64,000 nt of DNA from Longimicrobiales bacterium (GCA_965249725.1 CBDFMQ010000002.1:896001-960000); one strand, 5' to 3'; positions 31,072-42,024 are shown, counted from the stretch's first letter. Made by a program: numbers and translations. Notes: a model not told the origin generated them from the sequence alone.

Positions 31072-32562
31072 TCAAGCGAGCACTGGAGCCGCTGTGTCGT
31101 ACTGCCTCAAGAAGTCCGGATTGTGGGTCGCGATCTCGCCGTAGACCCGCAAACATGTGTCGGTCCAACTGCGAACCCAATCGCAGTAGTGGAGATTCGG
31201 TGTCGCCGTGGTACCGTACCGGGTGTTGGCCTCATGGTAGCATCCGCCGGCGCACAGGGGCCTAGCCCAACATGTGTGACAATCCGTCTTGTGCGCAATG
31301 TGATGGGTCTCCAGGAATCGACCCTGGATCGCCCGGTCTATTCCCTCCTGTACCGAGCCGATTTTGTGGTCGTCGGAGCCGGCGAAACGATGGCACAGCG
31401 CCACGTCTCCGTCCGTCGCTACTCCCACCAAGCCCAGGCCCGCCCCACACGGGAACGCCTTGCTCATCCCCTTGTGGATCTCGGCCAGCGTTTCGTTCAG
31501 GTTGGAGAACCCGTGGTGGCGGTTCTCGAGGGCGGCCTCCTTGAACTCCTCGGCCAACTCCTCGAACTGTCCCAGCATGTCGTAGTACTCATCACCCTCG
31601 ATGGCGTAGTCCCGCCCGTCCGCCGTCGTCACAGGCGCGAATCCCACGGACCAGAACCCCATCTCGTCCGTCAGATGCCGGAAGATCTCCATGACCTTCA
31701 GGTTCTGCTTGGTCAGCGTCACCCGTGCACCGATAGGACGTGTCTTATGCTGCTTGAGCAGCTCCTTGATCTTGGGCAGCACCAAATCGTAGCTGCCCAT
31801 GCCGTTGTTGAAGACGCGGAACTGGTCCTGTGATTCCTTGGGTCCGTCGATGGAAATCGTGACGCCCACTTCGTTGTCGGCGAGCCACTCGATGACCTCG
31901 GGCCGAAGCAGCGTGGCGTTGGTGGTCAGGCTGAACTGGACGCCCTTCCCCAGGACCAACGCCCTCTCGTTGGCATAGGCGAGTGTCTTCTTCAGTACCT
32001 TGAAGTTCAGGAGCGTCTCGCCGCCGAAGAACGTCAGGTTGGCCACGTCGTTGTCGCCCGACTCCTTGAACATGAAGTCCACCGATTCACGAGCGGTCTC
32101 CTCCGTCATGAACTTCGGCTTCTTCCCGTTCTCCGTGTCGACGATCTTGTCCTCGCCGTACTCGTAGCAGTATGTGCACGCCAGGTTGCACTTGTTGGTG
32201 ACGTTGAGGACCATTGTCGTGAGCGGGAAGTTCTCCGGAGGAATGACCGGCAGCGATCTCGTCGGCGGGAGCCGCACGTCACCGATCGCCCGAATCTCCT
32301 GGAGCTCCTCGACCGCATTGGCCACAACACCGGGCTCGAAACGACCCGTGAGCGACGCAGTGAGGTCGTCCAAGGACATCGGACCCTCGTCCAACGCCTT
32401 CAGCACCTCCCACGAGGGCGTGTCCACGTGGAAGACCCCTGCGCTGGGCACCATGTAGAGAAAGTGCTCGCCGGCGGCCTCGAACGGATGGAACTCCCGC
32501 AGGCCTAAGGCACTCAAAGGTGAATCGTTCAAAGGTGAATCGTTCAATGGTAAAGCGTTCAT
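31072..32562 (-). CDS. qhpD: Radical SAM/SPASM thioether-forming maturase
   Basis: CNLACTYC, FFGGE, SIDG, SPASM CGAG...CH...C..C.....C.GGC; ATG 32562 overlaps the qhpA stop. Confidence 0.95.
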   Translation of the reverse strand: MNALPLNDSPLNDSPLSALGLREFHPFEAAGEHFLYMVPSAGVFHVDTPSWEVLKALDEGPMSLDDLTASLTGRFEPGVVANAVEELQEIRAIGDVRLPPTRSLPVIPPENFPLTTMVLNVTNKCNLACTYCYEYGEDKIVDTENGKKPKFMTEETARESVDFMFKESGDNDVANLTFFGGETLLNFKVLKKTLAYANERALVLGKGVQFSLTTNATLLRPEVIEWLADNEVGVTISIDGPKESQDQFRVFNNGMGSYDLVLPKIKELLKQHKTRPIGARVTLTKQNLKVMEIFRHLTDEMGFWSVGFAPVTTADGRDYAIEGDEYYDMLGQFEELAEEFKEAALENRHHGFSNLNETLAEIHKGMSKAFPCGAGLGLVGVATDGDVALCHRFAGSDDHKIGSVQEGIDRAIQGRFLETHHIAHKTDCHTCWARPLCAGGCYHEANTRYGTTATPNLHYCDWVRSWTDTCLRVYGEIATHNPDFLRQYDTAAPVLA

Positions 32563-34271
32563 CGGATGTCTCCCCAGGGATCCCAGCGCATATAGAGCGG
32601 CACCGTGACGATCAGATGGCTGCGGGCCCGCAGCGGCCGTGCGGCACCCTCGGGCTGTAGGGTAGCCACCACCCACACGTCGCCGATGTTGTTGCGGTTG
32701 CCCACACGTTCGGGGTTGGGCCCGTCGATAGCCGGAGTGAACAGCCCGCTCTCGTCGACCCCGCCCACGTACTCGATGTCGTCGTCGATGAACGTGGCGT
32801 CGTACTCCTCGATGGACCACGTGGGATCGACCACTCCCAGGTCTACGTCGTCATCCGTCTCGGTCCGACCGTCCAGCCCATCATGGTAGGCCCGTGCCTC
32901 GAACTGCACGAAGCCCTTCGGCATCGCCACGCCACCGACTCGAGCCATGCCCCAGGGCGGGTTCACGCGAATCGAGTGCACTTCGTCGTAGACGAACCCG
33001 GCCTCGGGGAGCCGCGCACCCGCGACGTATATGTCTCGCGAGCCCACTGCCGCACCCTCGTCGACATCGACCTGGACCGTAGCCGAACCATCGGTCACAG
33101 ATACGACGCGGTCCACCGAAATGCCGGGTCCGAGATCGAGATCACCAGAGGCGAGGCTCGATGGCAGGTTGGCGCCGAAGATCGTCACGGTCTGATCATT
33201 CGCACCGATGCGGAGGGCACGAGGCTCCATGCCGACCACGACCGGATCGCTTCCTACTCGGTGGAAACGTACGTCGAGACCGAACTCGTCATAGTCCCCT
33301 GCGAACCACCGCCCCGAGATCTCCTCCCAGTCGCGCTCGACGATCAGGACCTCCCGGAGGGGATCGAGCCCCGTGTCGAGCGTCGAGCGACCCCGCCACT
33401 GGAAGCCCGTGTACACGGTGGCGCTCCCCTGCCGGGTTACGGTCCGGCCCGTGCGGGCGTAGGACAGCGTGGTGCTCGTCGTGAACTCCTCATCCGAACC
33501 CGGCACGGCCTCGATCGTCGCGGCCCCGAAGAGCCGGCCGTACCCGGTCTGGGTCGCCGTGACCGCCCACGTTCCGGCCAGGCGCGCCGGCCTCATCGTC
33601 GCGGACCAGTCGGACCACTCCGGAGTCTCGAGCGGGTATTCCTCCGCCAGGTGGTTGACGGCTTTATCCATGGGGTGACGCGTATCGTCGCGGGCCCCAG
33701 GAGTGCCCTCTGGCGGACCGTTGTACCTGAACGCCTGGCTGTCCACGATGGGATAGAGCCCCCGGTGCGTCGCCATGAGTAGCGCCCATTCTTCTTTGGT
33801 CCGGCGCTGGGTGATGACGCGGCCCATCGAATGGCACTGGGTGCACGTGATCTCGGTGTCGTCGTCGGCCTCGTAATCGTAGTCGATCATGCGACGTTCG
33901 ACTTCGAAGTTGCCGGGCCGGAGCTCTTCCGGAGCAAGACCGTGGTTGTCGGACAGGTAGCGTACGACCTGGCGAGCCACGGCGGGCTCCACGTCCAAGT
34001 CGTTCAGCGCGATCATCCTTCGAATCGACGTCTGCCACCCCTCCGGCGTCTTCCGGAGATAGGACAGTCGGCTCATCCGTCCGGAGTCGTCCCTCGTGTG
34101 ACACGCGGAGCAGTTGTCGATGACCGCCTGGTCTTCGATGGGGAAGCCGGTGGCCTCTCCGTCCGATTCGGAGGCGGCCTGGCCTTGACCGGAAACCGGA
34201 CCCGCCACGAGGAGAAGGCCCCCGACAAGCCCGAGAAGAGCGGATAAGCGTCTGCCTCCGAGTCCGTACAT
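32559..34271 (-). CDS. qhpA: QHNDH alpha subunit (diheme c)
   Basis: CSACH and CTQCH, RKTPEGW, GPNPER...NN.G, LIVTV; start inferred. Confidence 0.95.
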   Translation of the reverse strand: MYGLGGRRLSALLGLVGGLLLVAGPVSGQGQAASESDGEATGFPIEDQAVIDNCSACHTRDDSGRMSRLSYLRKTPEGWQTSIRRMIALNDLDVEPAVARQVVRYLSDNHGLAPEELRPGNFEVERRMIDYDYEADDDTEITCTQCHSMGRVITQRRTKEEWALLMATHRGLYPIVDSQAFRYNGPPEGTPGARDDTRHPMDKAVNHLAEEYPLETPEWSDWSATMRPARLAGTWAVTATQTGYGRLFGAATIEAVPGSDEEFTTSTTLSYARTGRTVTRQGSATVYTGFQWRGRSTLDTGLDPLREVLIVERDWEEISGRWFAGDYDEFGLDVRFHRVGSDPVVVGMEPRALRIGANDQTVTIFGANLPSSLASGDLDLGPGISVDRVVSVTDGSATVQVDVDEGAAVGSRDIYVAGARLPEAGFVYDEVHSIRVNPPWGMARVGGVAMPKGFVQFEARAYHDGLDGRTETDDDVDLGVVDPTWSIEEYDATFIDDDIEYVGGVDESGLFTPAIDGPNPERVGNRNNIGDVWVVATLQPEGAARPLRARSHLIVTVPLYMRWDPWGDIR

Positions 34272-34382
34272 GCTGATCCCTATCTTCTGGCGTCCCGCAC
34301 CGTATGGGGAGAGCCCCCCAAAAGCCTCGTCCACAGAATACGAGGCAGACGCAGGTCAGGCGAGGGCTCCTGCACGGGGGAG

Positions 34383-35912
34383 TCAGTCCCGATCGACGCG
34401 ATTCACCAGGATTTCGCGCGACAGCAACACCGAAAGAGCCCCCATGAAGTCCGGGAGAATGACCGGCTTGTCGAGCCGACAGTAGGCCTCGAACAGATCC
34501 GGCACCTGGGAATGCTCCCCGGAGATCTGGACCAGTCGCTGGACGTCGACCCCCCTCAGATAACGCAGTCCAGACGGTGCCGCGGGGGTCGCGAGCCGCT
34601 CTTCGAGCGTGACCTCATTGTCCACGATGACGGGCCGCTCCACAACGGTGAGCCCAGCCCCTTCATGCAGATCGATCGATGAGCTCCGGCGTAGGGCATC
34701 GAACGCGGTGAGGACGGACGGATCGTTCCGCAACTGCTCGATGTCGGGCTCCCCGTCCTCATCGAAGTCGGCATCGCCTCCAGATTGCTGCCCCCGCCGC
34801 TCCCAGAAGGCATGGCGATGATCCTGCCCGGCGGCTCTAAATACCTCGGCAGCTTGATCGCTATAGCTCGCATAGACCCGACGTTCGCGGCCCTCGTGAA
34901 GATCCACGGCGGCCGACTCCATTTCCGGACGCACGAGCGCAGTGTGCACTACTACGGCAGCGCGCCAAGCGGATGCCAAGGCCTTCTTGACGCCGAACGA
35001 AGAAACCGGATCCAAGAAGGTGGCAGCGTCTCCCACCAGGAGGATCCGTCCCTCGGCGTATCGAGAGGCAGAGTACATGGATGCGTTGCACGCCCATGCC
35101 TCGCCTTCCATCTCCGCCCCCTCGAGGAGCGTCTCCATACGCTTGGCCTTGGCCATCTCGGCACGGTAGATGGGCCCCAGCTCCTTGCCGCGCTCCATCT
35201 CGGTGACCCTCGGGTCGACCATGATCGTGAAATAGCGAACGTCTCCCGCGACAGGAACGGACCACGCCCATCCGTCGGCGAAGCTCTCCACAAGCGTGTG
35301 GGTCTCGTCCGGCACCGGCCAACCCCCGGAGCGACGCCAGACCCCCAAGAGGGCCAGTGTGGCTTGCTCCGCCTCCGGACGGCGGTAATCGCGCGCGACG
35401 ACCCCGGAACGACCCGAGCAATCGAGCACCCATCGCGCCCGTACGCTCTCAACCCCCGTCCCCGCCGTCGCATTGTGGATCGAGTACTCGATCCGGTAGC
35501 CGTCACCGTCGTCCTTCACCTCCCGGACGGTCGCGTTCGGCTCGACGCGGGCTCCGGCCTCGGTCACCAGGGCCAGAAGCACTTGGTCGAGGTCAGACCG
35601 CAACACCTGAAACCCGCTCTCCCCTTCTGCGAACGTCTCCACCCTGCCCTCCGCCTCGCCCCACCAGACCGTATGGCCCGTACTCCGGACGAACCCCGCC
35701 GCTTCTACGGCCTCCAGCGCGCCCACACGGTCCAGGATCTTGCGTGTGCTGGGGGGCAGGGACTCCCCGAGGAGGGAGGACTGTGACCCCGGTCGCGTCA
35801 GGACGATGACCGAGTGCCCCCACTGTGCGAGCAGTCGTGCCGCTGCCGCACCCGCTGGGCCACCGCCCACGACCGCAGCGTCGAAGACAGGGCTCGATGA
35901 TCGTTCGTTCAC
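34383..35912 (-). CDS. qhpG: FAD-dependent monooxygenase for CTQ tryptophan hydroxylation
   Basis: GGGPAG, GESLPP, DCSGR, GWAW, VGDAA.F.DP.SS.G; directly upstream of qhpA. Confidence 0.82.
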   Translation of the reverse strand: MNERSSSPVFDAAVVGGGPAGAAAARLLAQWGHSVIVLTRPGSQSSLLGESLPPSTRKILDRVGALEAVEAAGFVRSTGHTVWWGEAEGRVETFAEGESGFQVLRSDLDQVLLALVTEAGARVEPNATVREVKDDGDGYRIEYSIHNATAGTGVESVRARWVLDCSGRSGVVARDYRRPEAEQATLALLGVWRRSGGWPVPDETHTLVESFADGWAWSVPVAGDVRYFTIMVDPRVTEMERGKELGPIYRAEMAKAKRMETLLEGAEMEGEAWACNASMYSASRYAEGRILLVGDAATFLDPVSSFGVKKALASAWRAAVVVHTALVRPEMESAAVDLHEGRERRVYASYSDQAAEVFRAAGQDHRHAFWERRGQQSGGDADFDEDGEPDIEQLRNDPSVLTAFDALRRSSSIDLHEGAGLTVVERPVIVDNEVTLEERLATPAAPSGLRYLRGVDVQRLVQISGEHSQVPDLFEAYCRLDKPVILPDFMGALSVLLSREILVNRVDRD

Positions 35913-36071
35913 AGGATGCTCCGATCAGCCCCGAAGTCGGCTTCGTCCAAGCGGTTGGGCTGGGATGAGAGTAGTGAGGCGGTCAGGAGCGAGGCAACGC
36001 CGTGCTATTTGGCTCGCACGTTTGGGTCACGGTCACCATCTTAGCCACGCACGGGCCTCAGTCCTTACCCG

Positions 36072-36686
36072 TTGGAGGCGAAGGTGACCACGTTCGAGTA
36101 CCTGTCCGTACTGTTTTCCTTGGTGGTGGGTCTTGCCGTGGCTCAGACTCTTCAGGGACTACTTCGAGTTGTGCGGCATCGCCGGACGGCCACCGTCCAT
36201 CTCCCGGTGCTGATCTGGACGGCGGCCGTACTCCAATGGACGGTCTTCTTCTGGTGGTTTACCGGGTACGGGCTGGTTGGACTCGATGAGTGGCATTTGA
36301 CCACCCTCCTATTCGTGCTGCTGTATGGATGTACACTCTTCTTTCTACTCGGCCTCCTCTACCCCGATGATATCGGGGCCAACTTCGATATGGGGGCACA
36401 TTTCGAAGACATCCGGCCATGGTTCTTCGGTCTCTTCACGGCATTGGGCCTGCTCGACCTCGCTGACACGACATTGAAGCAACTGCTTGGTACCTCGGCG
36501 TGGGAGGGACGGAGTTTGGTCGAGTACTCAGTATTCATGGGAATTTGGATCGTCGGCAGTGGTGTCTCCAGCCGCATTCGCAGCGGCAGATTGGTCGGGG
36601 CCATCGGATTGCTGGTTTTCCTGGCGGGCCTTTACATGACGAATCGATACGCTGGGGCAATGGGACCGTTCCTCGACCTCCTATGA
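36072..36686 (+). CDS. Hypothetical membrane protein
   Basis: About 6 TM; FEYLSVL.S..VGL N-terminus; likely GTG start at 36084. Confidence 0.7.
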   Translation: MEAKVTTFEYLSVLFSLVVGLAVAQTLQGLLRVVRHRRTATVHLPVLIWTAAVLQWTVFFWWFTGYGLVGLDEWHLTTLLFVLLYGCTLFFLLGLLYPDDIGANFDMGAHFEDIRPWFFGLFTALGLLDLADTTLKQLLGTSAWEGRSLVEYSVFMGIWIVGSGVSSRIRSGRLVGAIGLLVFLAGLYMTNRYAGAMGPFLDLL

Positions 36687-36959
36687 GTGGGATCAACAGG
36701 CCGGTCTGCACCGGCCACCCTCGCTCGCGCAACTCACCCGCGGTCACCATCTTGGCGACGCGTACATGGCGATCCTGGACTCGCCAGATACCGCCGAGGC
36801 CATGGAGGCCGACGGCGTTAAGCGGGAGACAGTGAAGGTCTTCGTCTTGGACCGCCGCTTCGACCCTTAACCGAGGGTTCCAGCGACAATTGATGCGGGA
36901 GAGCGGCTGTGTCCCCACTTTGATCGGAGGTAGTCCCGCACCCGATCAGGAAGAATCGA

Positions 36960-38117
36960 ATGACCACCACGAGACGGAACTTCATCGGTCGCTCCGCGGC
37001 CGCGTACGGAGCGCTGACACTGGGTCTCCCCGACATGCTGCCCGGAGTAGCTCCGATTCGGACGAACGTTCCGGATCAAGCCCCGCTGCGCATCCTCTTC
37101 ATCGGCGGTACCGGCTTCATCGGCCCCCACATGGTGGAAGCGGCGATCGCGGCCGGACACACACCCACCCTGTTCAACCGAGGACGTACCAACCCGCACC
37201 TCTTCCCGGATGTGGAGAAGCTCAAGGGAGACCGCGACGGTGGACTCGGCGTCCTGGAGGGTCGCACGTGGGACGCTGTGATCGATACTTCCGGCTACGT
37301 GCCTCGTCTGGTCCGTGACTCGGCCGAGCTCCTGAGGGACGCCGTGGACCAGTACCTCTACATATCGACCACGGACGCATACGCGACCTACAACATTGTC
37401 GATATGGACGAGGACGCCCCGACGGCCGTGCTCGAGGATCCGACGACGGAAAATGTCGGTGGGTTCTATGGGCCGCTGAAGGCCCAATGCGAGCGCGAGG
37501 TCCGGGCGGTCTTTCCCGACCGAACGACGGTAGTGCGCCCCACTTGGATCGTGGGCCCAGGGGACCGCTCCACCCATTTCTCTTACTGGCTGCAGCGTAT
37601 CAATGGAGGTGGTGAAGTCCTAGCACCCGGTGATCCGACGGATCCGGTCCAGATCATCGACGCGAGGGACCTGGCGGACTTCGTAGTGCACCTCCTCAAT
37701 CAAAAGACGTTCGGTACCTACAACGCCGTCGGGCCCGAGGCCGAGCTGTCGATCGCCGAGTTCCTGTATGGCATTCGCGCCGTGACCAGCGCGCCGACCC
37801 GGTTCACTTGGGTCGACGCTGACTTCCTGGAGGAGCACGAGGTCTATCCGTGGAGGGACCTGCCGCTTTGGTGGCCGCCGCGGGACGACTATACGGGGCC
37901 TCCGGGAATGAGCATCGGGGGCGGCACGGGCTTCGGCCTGATCAGCCGGGAGCGATCCGTCGCCGCAGGACTCCGGTTCCGGCCCCTGGCCGTCAGCGCC
38001 AAAGAGACCCTGGACTGGTTCCTGACGTGGGCCGACGAATGGGAATCCCGTCAGCGCTCGGGTCTCACGTTGGAGCGCGAGGCGGAGATCCTGGCTGCCT
38101 GGCACGCCCGGCGGTAG
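36960..38117 (+). CDS. Tat-signal NAD-dependent epimerase/dehydratase (atypical SDR)
   Basis: TRRNFI Tat motif, GGTGFIG, FNRG, YGPLK, IDARDLA. Confidence 0.88.
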   Translation: MTTTRRNFIGRSAAAYGALTLGLPDMLPGVAPIRTNVPDQAPLRILFIGGTGFIGPHMVEAAIAAGHTPTLFNRGRTNPHLFPDVEKLKGDRDGGLGVLEGRTWDAVIDTSGYVPRLVRDSAELLRDAVDQYLYISTTDAYATYNIVDMDEDAPTAVLEDPTTENVGGFYGPLKAQCEREVRAVFPDRTTVVRPTWIVGPGDRSTHFSYWLQRINGGGEVLAPGDPTDPVQIIDARDLADFVVHLLNQKTFGTYNAVGPEAELSIAEFLYGIRAVTSAPTRFTWVDADFLEEHEVYPWRDLPLWWPPRDDYTGPPGMSIGGGTGFGLISRERSVAAGLRFRPLAVSAKETLDWFLTWADEWESRQRSGLTLEREAEILAAWHARR

Positions 38118-38135
38118 GGGGGGGTAGGCGCTCGG

Positions 38136-39458
38136 CTAGCGGATCCTCCAGCCGTTTACCGGACCACCGTGGAAGAAGTCCTCGGGCGTCATCACCCCGT
38201 CCTGCTTGAACACCACGCCGTCCTTCATGACGAACTGAACGTCACGTAGTGCGTCGATGTCCTCCAGAGGATTGCCCGACACGGCGATCAGATCCGCCGC
38301 CAGGCCGACCCGGATCGGTCCGCGCTCGTCTTCGGTCTCGCTGACCTCGTACCCGGTCACCGTCATGGCCCGGAGAATGTCGACGTCCGGGATGCCGGCA
38401 TCCTTCCACGTCCGGATGAACTCGATGGCGACTTCGCCCCGCGTCATACCCGGCACGTAGTAGTCCGCATCGGTCGAGTACGTGACGTTGACTCCGTTGT
38501 CATACGCGTTCTTGAGTCCCTGGAGCGTCCGCTCGTACCGCGCTTCAGACGTGTGTCCCACAAGCGTGATGGGAGTTTCGGTGCCGGCGCGGAAGATCCC
38601 CTTCTCTGCCATGCGCTTGTGCATGGCATCCGTCAGACCGCGGTCGTGTGCGATGGACCAGATGCCCGCCTCGATCGCCCGGTCCGCCCCCCGCTCGGTC
38701 TGCACGTGGCCCTCGACCTTGAGGCCGATCTGCGCCGCCTCCTCGATGAACAGCCGAATGTCGTCAACGGAGTAAGCCCACGGCTTGCAGTCTACGCAGA
38801 TCTTGATGACGGTCGCCCCGTACAGGGTGTTCTGGCGCACCGCCTTGATCATCTCGTCCGGCGTGTCCGCGTCGAGGTATTCGGGATAGACGATGTTCCG
38901 GTCGATGCCCATTTCGGGCGGAGGGCTGAACTGTCCGCCCATGCCGCCGATGATGATCCCCGAGTTGATGATCATGGGTCCCGGAATCCAGCCCTGTTCG
39001 ATGGCCTGCCGAAGCGCGGTGTCGGCGTAGTTCCCGTTGTTGCCCATGTCGCGGACGATCGTGAACCCCGACGACAGCATTTGCATACCGTTTGAGGCCG
39101 CCTGGATCGCCCGGAGAGCCGTGCTCTCCATGACGTAGGTCAGGTAGTAGACGTTGCTCTCGGGCTCTTCCTTGTAGGTGAGAGCGAGATGGTTGTGCGC
39201 GTCTACGAGCCCGGGAACGATCGTGAGCTCGGACAGATCGATGATCTCGGCGCCGGAGGGGACCGATACGTTGGCTCCGATGGCCTGGAACGCTCCGTCC
39301 TCGACCAGAATGATCTGGTTGGTCGCTATCGTCCCCGCCTCGGGGTCTACCAGACGGCCCGCACGAATGGCAGTTACCTGTGCGGTGGCTGAGGATCCCG
39401 TCGCGAACAACAGGCCCGCGATCAACAGACCCCGTGCGGTAATGGATGCGGTCGTCAT
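38136..39458 (-). CDS. Secreted amidohydrolase (Xaa-Pro dipeptidase-like)
   Basis: Signal peptide, PGLVDAHNH, GFT.VRD.G, ADLIAV.GNPLEDI. Confidence 0.88.
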   Translation of the reverse strand: MTTASITARGLLIAGLLFATGSSATAQVTAIRAGRLVDPEAGTIATNQIILVEDGAFQAIGANVSVPSGAEIIDLSELTIVPGLVDAHNHLALTYKEEPESNVYYLTYVMESTALRAIQAASNGMQMLSSGFTIVRDMGNNGNYADTALRQAIEQGWIPGPMIINSGIIIGGMGGQFSPPPEMGIDRNIVYPEYLDADTPDEMIKAVRQNTLYGATVIKICVDCKPWAYSVDDIRLFIEEAAQIGLKVEGHVQTERGADRAIEAGIWSIAHDRGLTDAMHKRMAEKGIFRAGTETPITLVGHTSEARYERTLQGLKNAYDNGVNVTYSTDADYYVPGMTRGEVAIEFIRTWKDAGIPDVDILRAMTVTGYEVSETEDERGPIRVGLAADLIAVSGNPLEDIDALRDVQFVMKDGVVFKQDGVMTPEDFFHGGPVNGWRIR

Positions 39459-39524
39459 GCCTCGACTCCAGCTATGGGTGAAGCGGGGGGCCCGACAAAA
39501 TTGCCCTCACAATGCCACTACCGG

Positions 39525-40925
39525 TCAGGAAATAGGCCTCTGAACTCCATCGGGACCGTTGTCGTAGTCTTGTACGCTCGAGCTGTTGGGCATGCCCCAG
39601 TCGTTTCCGTTCCAACCATCGAATCCATCCATCTGGACGGCCCAGAAACCCGTCGTCATATCGCTGATGACGACCAGCCCATCGTGGTTGCGGACGTCCA
39701 CGCCCCACGCGCCGTCGTATACGCCCCACGTGAAGTTCCCACCACCGCTCGGGTTCCCCATGCTTCCAGCGTTGTGAGGACCGTCGAACGTATCGTAGTA
39801 GCCCACGGTGTAAGGGTTCTCGGGATCCATCATGTTGAAGACCGAGAGGCCGGTCTCATAACCGGAGACGAACACGTAAGGCCACCGCACTTCATGGTTG
39901 TGGGCGATCGTTTCCCAGTCCGGCGTCCACGCTCCGATGGCGCGATTGATGTTCAGCATCTCGCCCCGGGCTGCCGCCTGGTTGCCCGGACTCAGATCGA
40001 AGACCCGCAGCGGCTGGTACTGCCACTCGGCCTCGCCAATGGCGTACCGACCGTCGGGGGTCGGGGTGAACGTGTGTCCCCAATTGAAACCGGCCACACC
40101 GGTGATCGTGAACTGGATCCTTGGCTCGGCAGGTGAGCTAATGTCCCACACGTAGTACCCTCCACCGCCCGCACCGTAGAAGCGATCCTGCTGGGTGGAG
40201 GGATCGAACATCGCGTAGAGGTCGTGGTATCCGGTCGACAGGTCTCCCGGGTTCGCGGGAACGCCAATCGTCCCGATCAGTCCCTGATCGTCGGCGCCCG
40301 ACACGAACTCGCCCAGATCGTACAGTTTGGTACCACTCGACGTGGCGAACAGGATCACCCTGCCGTCCGAGTGCTTGTAGATGAAGATGTTGTGGAAGCC
40401 TCCCGGCGAATCCGGCACCCTGAAGCGACGGACCTCCCGCACCTGCGAGACGTCGGGAAGGCCCGTCACGTCGAATACGATGCCGGCGACCTCCGAATCG
40501 GGACCACCGCTCCCGAACTGAGTGGACTGAAGGTAGTAGTAGTTGTCGTCGATCTTGAAATACTTCCCGTCGACGGCTCCCCTGCCCTGATGCAGCGGCG
40601 AGTTCTCGATGCGCCACTCGTAGATGATCTCGGCGTTGTCCGGGTCCTCGAGATTGATGATGTCGAAGCCCGTCTCACGGAGACGAGAGACATAAGCATA
40701 AGGTCTCTCGGGATCCTGCTCGTGCTCGATGTCGCCCGTCGTGTACTTACCGCCGAGCGTTATGTGCGAGAGGATGTGTACGTTCGTGCTGCCCTGGAGC
40801 CCGAGAGGTCTCGGAGAGGTGGCCGACGTCCCACCGCCCGACGTTTGAGCCAACGTGCTGACGGCGGAGACGCCAAGCGCCACCAGGACCCACATTCCGA
40901 TCGACCAAGACCGTCTACCAAACAC
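39525..40925 (-). CDS. Secreted LVIVD-repeat / beta-propeller protein
   Basis: Signal peptide, repeated His motifs (FHN, YHD, GHT, AHN), GAWGVD, SDM.TG.W. Confidence 0.72.
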   Translation of the reverse strand: MFGRRSWSIGMWVLVALGVSAVSTLAQTSGGGTSATSPRPLGLQGSTNVHILSHITLGGKYTTGDIEHEQDPERPYAYVSRLRETGFDIINLEDPDNAEIIYEWRIENSPLHQGRGAVDGKYFKIDDNYYYLQSTQFGSGGPDSEVAGIVFDVTGLPDVSQVREVRRFRVPDSPGGFHNIFIYKHSDGRVILFATSSGTKLYDLGEFVSGADDQGLIGTIGVPANPGDLSTGYHDLYAMFDPSTQQDRFYGAGGGGYYVWDISSPAEPRIQFTITGVAGFNWGHTFTPTPDGRYAIGEAEWQYQPLRVFDLSPGNQAAARGEMLNINRAIGAWTPDWETIAHNHEVRWPYVFVSGYETGLSVFNMMDPENPYTVGYYDTFDGPHNAGSMGNPSGGGNFTWGVYDGAWGVDVRNHDGLVVISDMTTGFWAVQMDGFDGWNGNDWGMPNSSSVQDYDNGPDGVQRPIS

Positions 40926-41068
40926 TGGACCACCTCCTGATGTGTTGAACAGCGGCCTGTGACTCGCCGCGAAGCTGCAACATAGGGGAATTGGAGTCGT
41001 GCGCGACAGAAAGGAAGGGCTGCTACCGCCCTGGCTCCTAGGCCAAGAACCGATTCGCGCGAAGCCCG

Positions 41069-41956
41069 TCAGGCCGCTTCAGGGACCGGAACCAGGCGCT
41101 CGACCCAGGCGGATCGGAGCATGGCCAGGGCAGCGTAGGTCACCACGACAACAACCAGCCACCGCATGGTCGTCAGCGGCAGCGAACCCACGATGAACGC
41201 GGCGATAAGAACGGCGGGTACCCCCCCCAGCGCGAGCCCGAGAGCCGGACGATGCTCGTACGCATCTTCCTTCAAGAACCGCACTGAGGCCACCGGCATC
41301 AGGAACGCCGAAGCTCCCATCATGATCGGGAACGCCACGGCCGGGTTGAGCCCGAGCAAGCTGATCACGATCATGGCGGGCGCGTACATGCCGATGCCCA
41401 GCGTCATGAGCGCGCCGAGGATGAAGAAGGAGATCATCCCCACGGCGAGGGAGACTCCACCGAGGCCAATCGCGTCACCCCCGACGGGAGCGAACCCCAG
41501 GTTGGCCATGATGAACGTGACGCCGGCCAGCAGGAGCGCGACCCCCATACCGATCTGAATCCGACGGCGCGGCCAACGAGCCACCACGCCCGCTCCCAGC
41601 CAGGCCCCGAGGACCGAGGCCCCCATAAGAGTCGTCAGCGTGACCATGTCGACTTCGATGATCGCGATGAAGATGAACGCCTGCACGATGACGGGAATCG
41701 TGTGTCCAACGTGCATGGTTCCGGGGATGCGCTCGTCGGGAACCAGCTTCTGCAGCTTGTACCACGAGGTCGTGGGCGCAAAGGACCCGATCCCGAGGGT
41801 GTCGAAGAAATTGGTGACGAAGCCGACGGCCGACAGAAGCGGCGAGGGGAATCGGCCCTCCCCCTTGTCGGCGCGGCTGTTACGGACGCTCTGGACCCAG
41901 CGCGTCACACAGATCACGCCGAATACAGCCAGAACGACGAAGAGAATGGTTCGCAT
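41069..41956 (-). CDS. TauE/SafE-like (TSUP) permease
   Basis: NFFDTLGIGSFAPTT, AFPIMMG, multiple TM. Confidence 0.78.
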   Translation of the reverse strand: MRTILFVVLAVFGVICVTRWVQSVRNSRADKGEGRFPSPLLSAVGFVTNFFDTLGIGSFAPTTSWYKLQKLVPDERIPGTMHVGHTIPVIVQAFIFIAIIEVDMVTLTTLMGASVLGAWLGAGVVARWPRRRIQIGMGVALLLAGVTFIMANLGFAPVGGDAIGLGGVSLAVGMISFFILGALMTLGIGMYAPAMIVISLLGLNPAVAFPIMMGASAFLMPVASVRFLKEDAYEHRPALGLALGGVPAVLIAAFIVGSLPLTTMRWLVVVVVTYAALAMLRSAWVERLVPVPEAA

Positions 41957-42024
41957 GGGGGCGAAAGTAGGAGGTCAGAAAGCTACGTGCGAGGCGGCGG
42001 CGGCGGAGTCACCCTAGAAGAAGC

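Noticed and set aside
29484..33782. Long + strand ORFs antisense to qhp genes, and similar shadows elsewhere
   Set aside because: Typical high-GC antisense shadow frames without motifs.
34383..35912. Flavin-dependent halogenase
   Set aside because: It has a WxWxxP-like motif, but position next to qhpA and the C-terminal extension fit QhpG better.
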